Notes under the pieces: generated by a model
What the model saw: only the letters and a program-made list of their open reading frames with translations
What the model was told of the DNA's origin: nothing
The model's database searches: none
Origin: Dimorphilus gyrociliatus
Taxonomy: Eukaryota > Animalia > Annelida
Direction: 5' to 3'
Assembly (NCBI GenBank): GCA_904063045.1
Contig: CAJFCJ010000004.1
Coordinates: 2,432,496 to 2,496,495 of the forward strand
DNA: 64,000 nucleotides
Program-made: the position numbers and the translations under genes
Shown here: positions 62,501 through 64,000 of the stretch, one piece after another
How the letters are laid out: every line of letters starts with the position of its first letter
How positions within the stretch are numbered: the first letter of the stretch is position 1

Positions 62501-64000
62501 AAAAAAAATTACAAAAAAAAAAACAATCTATAGATTAACAAAAACCAACCAGTAAATGTAGGAAATGTTTTAGTCCAATCCTTCACCTCTGCAAAAAATA
62601 CACTAAAGTAAATTTAATAAAACAATAGTTAACTTACCTGTTGAACCCAAAAAAATTACAGTAGTAGTTGGTGTTTGAGATATTGAAGAACTGGTTCTTT
62701 GAGGCTGTGATGTTGTGTCTTTAGGTTGAGTAGTTAAATCAGGAATGAATGCTGTACTGCTAAAACTTTCCATGGTAGTTGGTGTGGCTGATGTTCCAGA
62801 ACTAGTAGTTATAGGATGTGATGTTGTTTCTTTAGGTTGAGTTGTTGATTCTGGTATGAATGTTGTACTACTAAAACTTTCTGAAGAAGTTGGTGTGGCT
62901 GATGTTCCAGAACTAGTAGTTATAGGATGTGATGTTGTTTCTTTAGGTTGAGTTGTTGATTCTGATATGAATGTTGTACTAGTAAAACTTTCAGAAGTAG
63001 TTGGTGTGGCTGATGTTCCAGAACTAGTGGTTTTAGGCAGTGATGTTGTTTCTTTAGGTTGAGTTGTTGTATCTGGAATGAGTGTTGTACTACTAAAACT
63101 TTCAGAAGTAGTTGGTGTGGCAGATGTTCCAGAACTAGTGCTTTTAGACTGCGATGTTGTTTCTTTTGGTTGAGTTGTTGATTCTGGTATGAATGTTGTA
63201 CTACTAAAACTTTCAGAAGTAGTTGGTGTAGCTGATGTTCCAGAACTAGTGCTTTTAGACTGCGATGTTGTTTCTTTTGGTTGAGTTGTTGATTCTGGTA
63301 TGAATGTTGTACTACTAAAACTTTCCGAAGTAGTTGGTGTAGCTGATGTTCCAGAACTAGTAGTTATAAACTGTGATGTTGTTTCTTTAGGTTGAGTTGT
63401 TGATTCTGGTATGAATGTTGTACTACTAAAACTTTCAGAAGTAGTTGGTGTGGCTGATGTTCCAGAACTAGTGGTTTTAGGCATTGATGTTGTTTCTTTA
63501 GGTTGAGTTGTTTTAGGCTGTGATGTTGTTTCTTTTGGTTGAGTTGTTGATTCTGGTATGAATGTTGTACTACTAAAACTTTCAGAAGTAGTTGGTGTAG
63601 CTGATGTTCCAGAACCAGTAGTTATAAACTGTGATGTTGTTTCTTTAGGTTGAGTTGTTGATTCTGGTATGAATGTTGTACTACTAAAACTTTCAGAAGT
63701 AGTTGGTGTGGCTGATGTTCCAGAACTAGTGGTTTTAGGCATTGATGTTGTTTCTTTAGGTTGAGTTGTTTTAGGCTGTGATGTTGTTTCTTTTGGTTGA
63801 GTTGTTGATTCTGGTATGAATGTTGTACTACTAAGACTTTCAGAAGTAGTTGGTGGGGCTGATGTTCCAGAACTGGTGGTTTTAGGCTGTGATGTTGATT
63901 CTTTAGGTTGAGTTGTTCTTTCTGGAATGAATGTTGTACTACTAAAACTTTCAGAAGTAGTTGGTGTAGCTGATGTTCCAGAACTAGTGCTTTTAGACTG
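59564..64000 (-). CDS. 3' part of a secreted mucin/SCO-spondin-like gene: PTS tandem repeats, 4 TSP1, 2 TIL, VWC-like modules and a C-terminal cystine knot
   Basis: TSP1 WSxWxxCSxxCGxGxxxRxR motifs occur in ORFs 61469, 60746 and at about 60640-60480. TIL motif CPSSC..CEPGCKC is present. Cystine knot CEGQCNS..CKCCS..CNCKSC lies in ORF 59564. The Thr/Ser exon stays open to the window edge, so the gene starts outside the window. Confidence 0.85.
61178..61385. mobile_element. Non-autonomous MITE, Mutator-like, inside an intron
   Basis: A perfect 21-bp inverted repeat lies at 61183-61203 and 61360-61380, extending to imperfect 26-bp TIRs that start with GG. It is flanked by the 9-bp direct repeat ATGAAAAAC at 61169-61177 and 61386-61394. 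Confidence 0.8.
62700..64000 (-). repeat. Coding minisatellite with a 111-bp (37-aa) unit, TSSGTSATPTTSESFSSTTFIPESTTQPKETTSxxxT; two units are 147 bp
   Basis: The marker gatgttccag recurs at 62790, 62901, 63012, 63123, 63234, 63345, 63456, 63603, 63714, 63861 and 63972, giving spacings of 111 or 147 nt. Confidence 0.95.

Noticed and set aside
62700-64000. CRISPR-like regularly spaced repeats
   Set aside because: The whole unit is repeated with no unique spacers, it is an in-frame mucin minisatellite, and the context is eukaryotic.

Overview
This is AT-rich eukaryotic (animal) genomic DNA with many short GT-AG introns (mostly ~45-100 nt) and many CT/TA microsatellites. The gene content and intron size suggest a compact lophotrochozoan genome, possibly an annelid such as Dimorphilus (inference only). 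No CRISPR array, rRNA or convincing tRNA was seen. Ten protein-coding genes were reconstructed by hand from splice signals and reading phase: (1) a large, probably N-myristoylated ankyrin-repeat/coiled-coil protein (998-8684 +); (2) a miniature p107/p130-like pocket protein (12530-14609 +); (3) an F-BAR-only FCHO-like protein (15728-16841 +); (4) a secreted F-type-lectin plus catalytically dead trypsin (17318-19551 +); (5) a secreted acidic/GHGK/Lys-rich/PKPT block protein missed by the ORF track (19898-20700 -); (6) an intronless ACSF2-like acyl-CoA ligase (25921-27549 -); (7) an N-terminally truncated ELMO/CED-12 (28216-31337 -); (8) a PDE7-like phosphodiesterase (32240-38482 -); (9) a Kv2/Shab channel (48479-58301 +); (10) the 3' part of a mucin/TSP1/TIL/cystine-knot gene (59564 to beyond 64000, -). 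One of gene 10's introns holds a 208-bp Mutator-like MITE with a 9-bp target-site duplication. The most notable signals are a set of regulators stripped of their regulatory domains (mini-Rb, ELMO, F-BAR), a PDE7 with Asn at the normally invariant Gln and six RRxSxP motifs in its tail, and the hidden secreted polyampholyte. All homology statements come from recalled family motifs, not from database searches.
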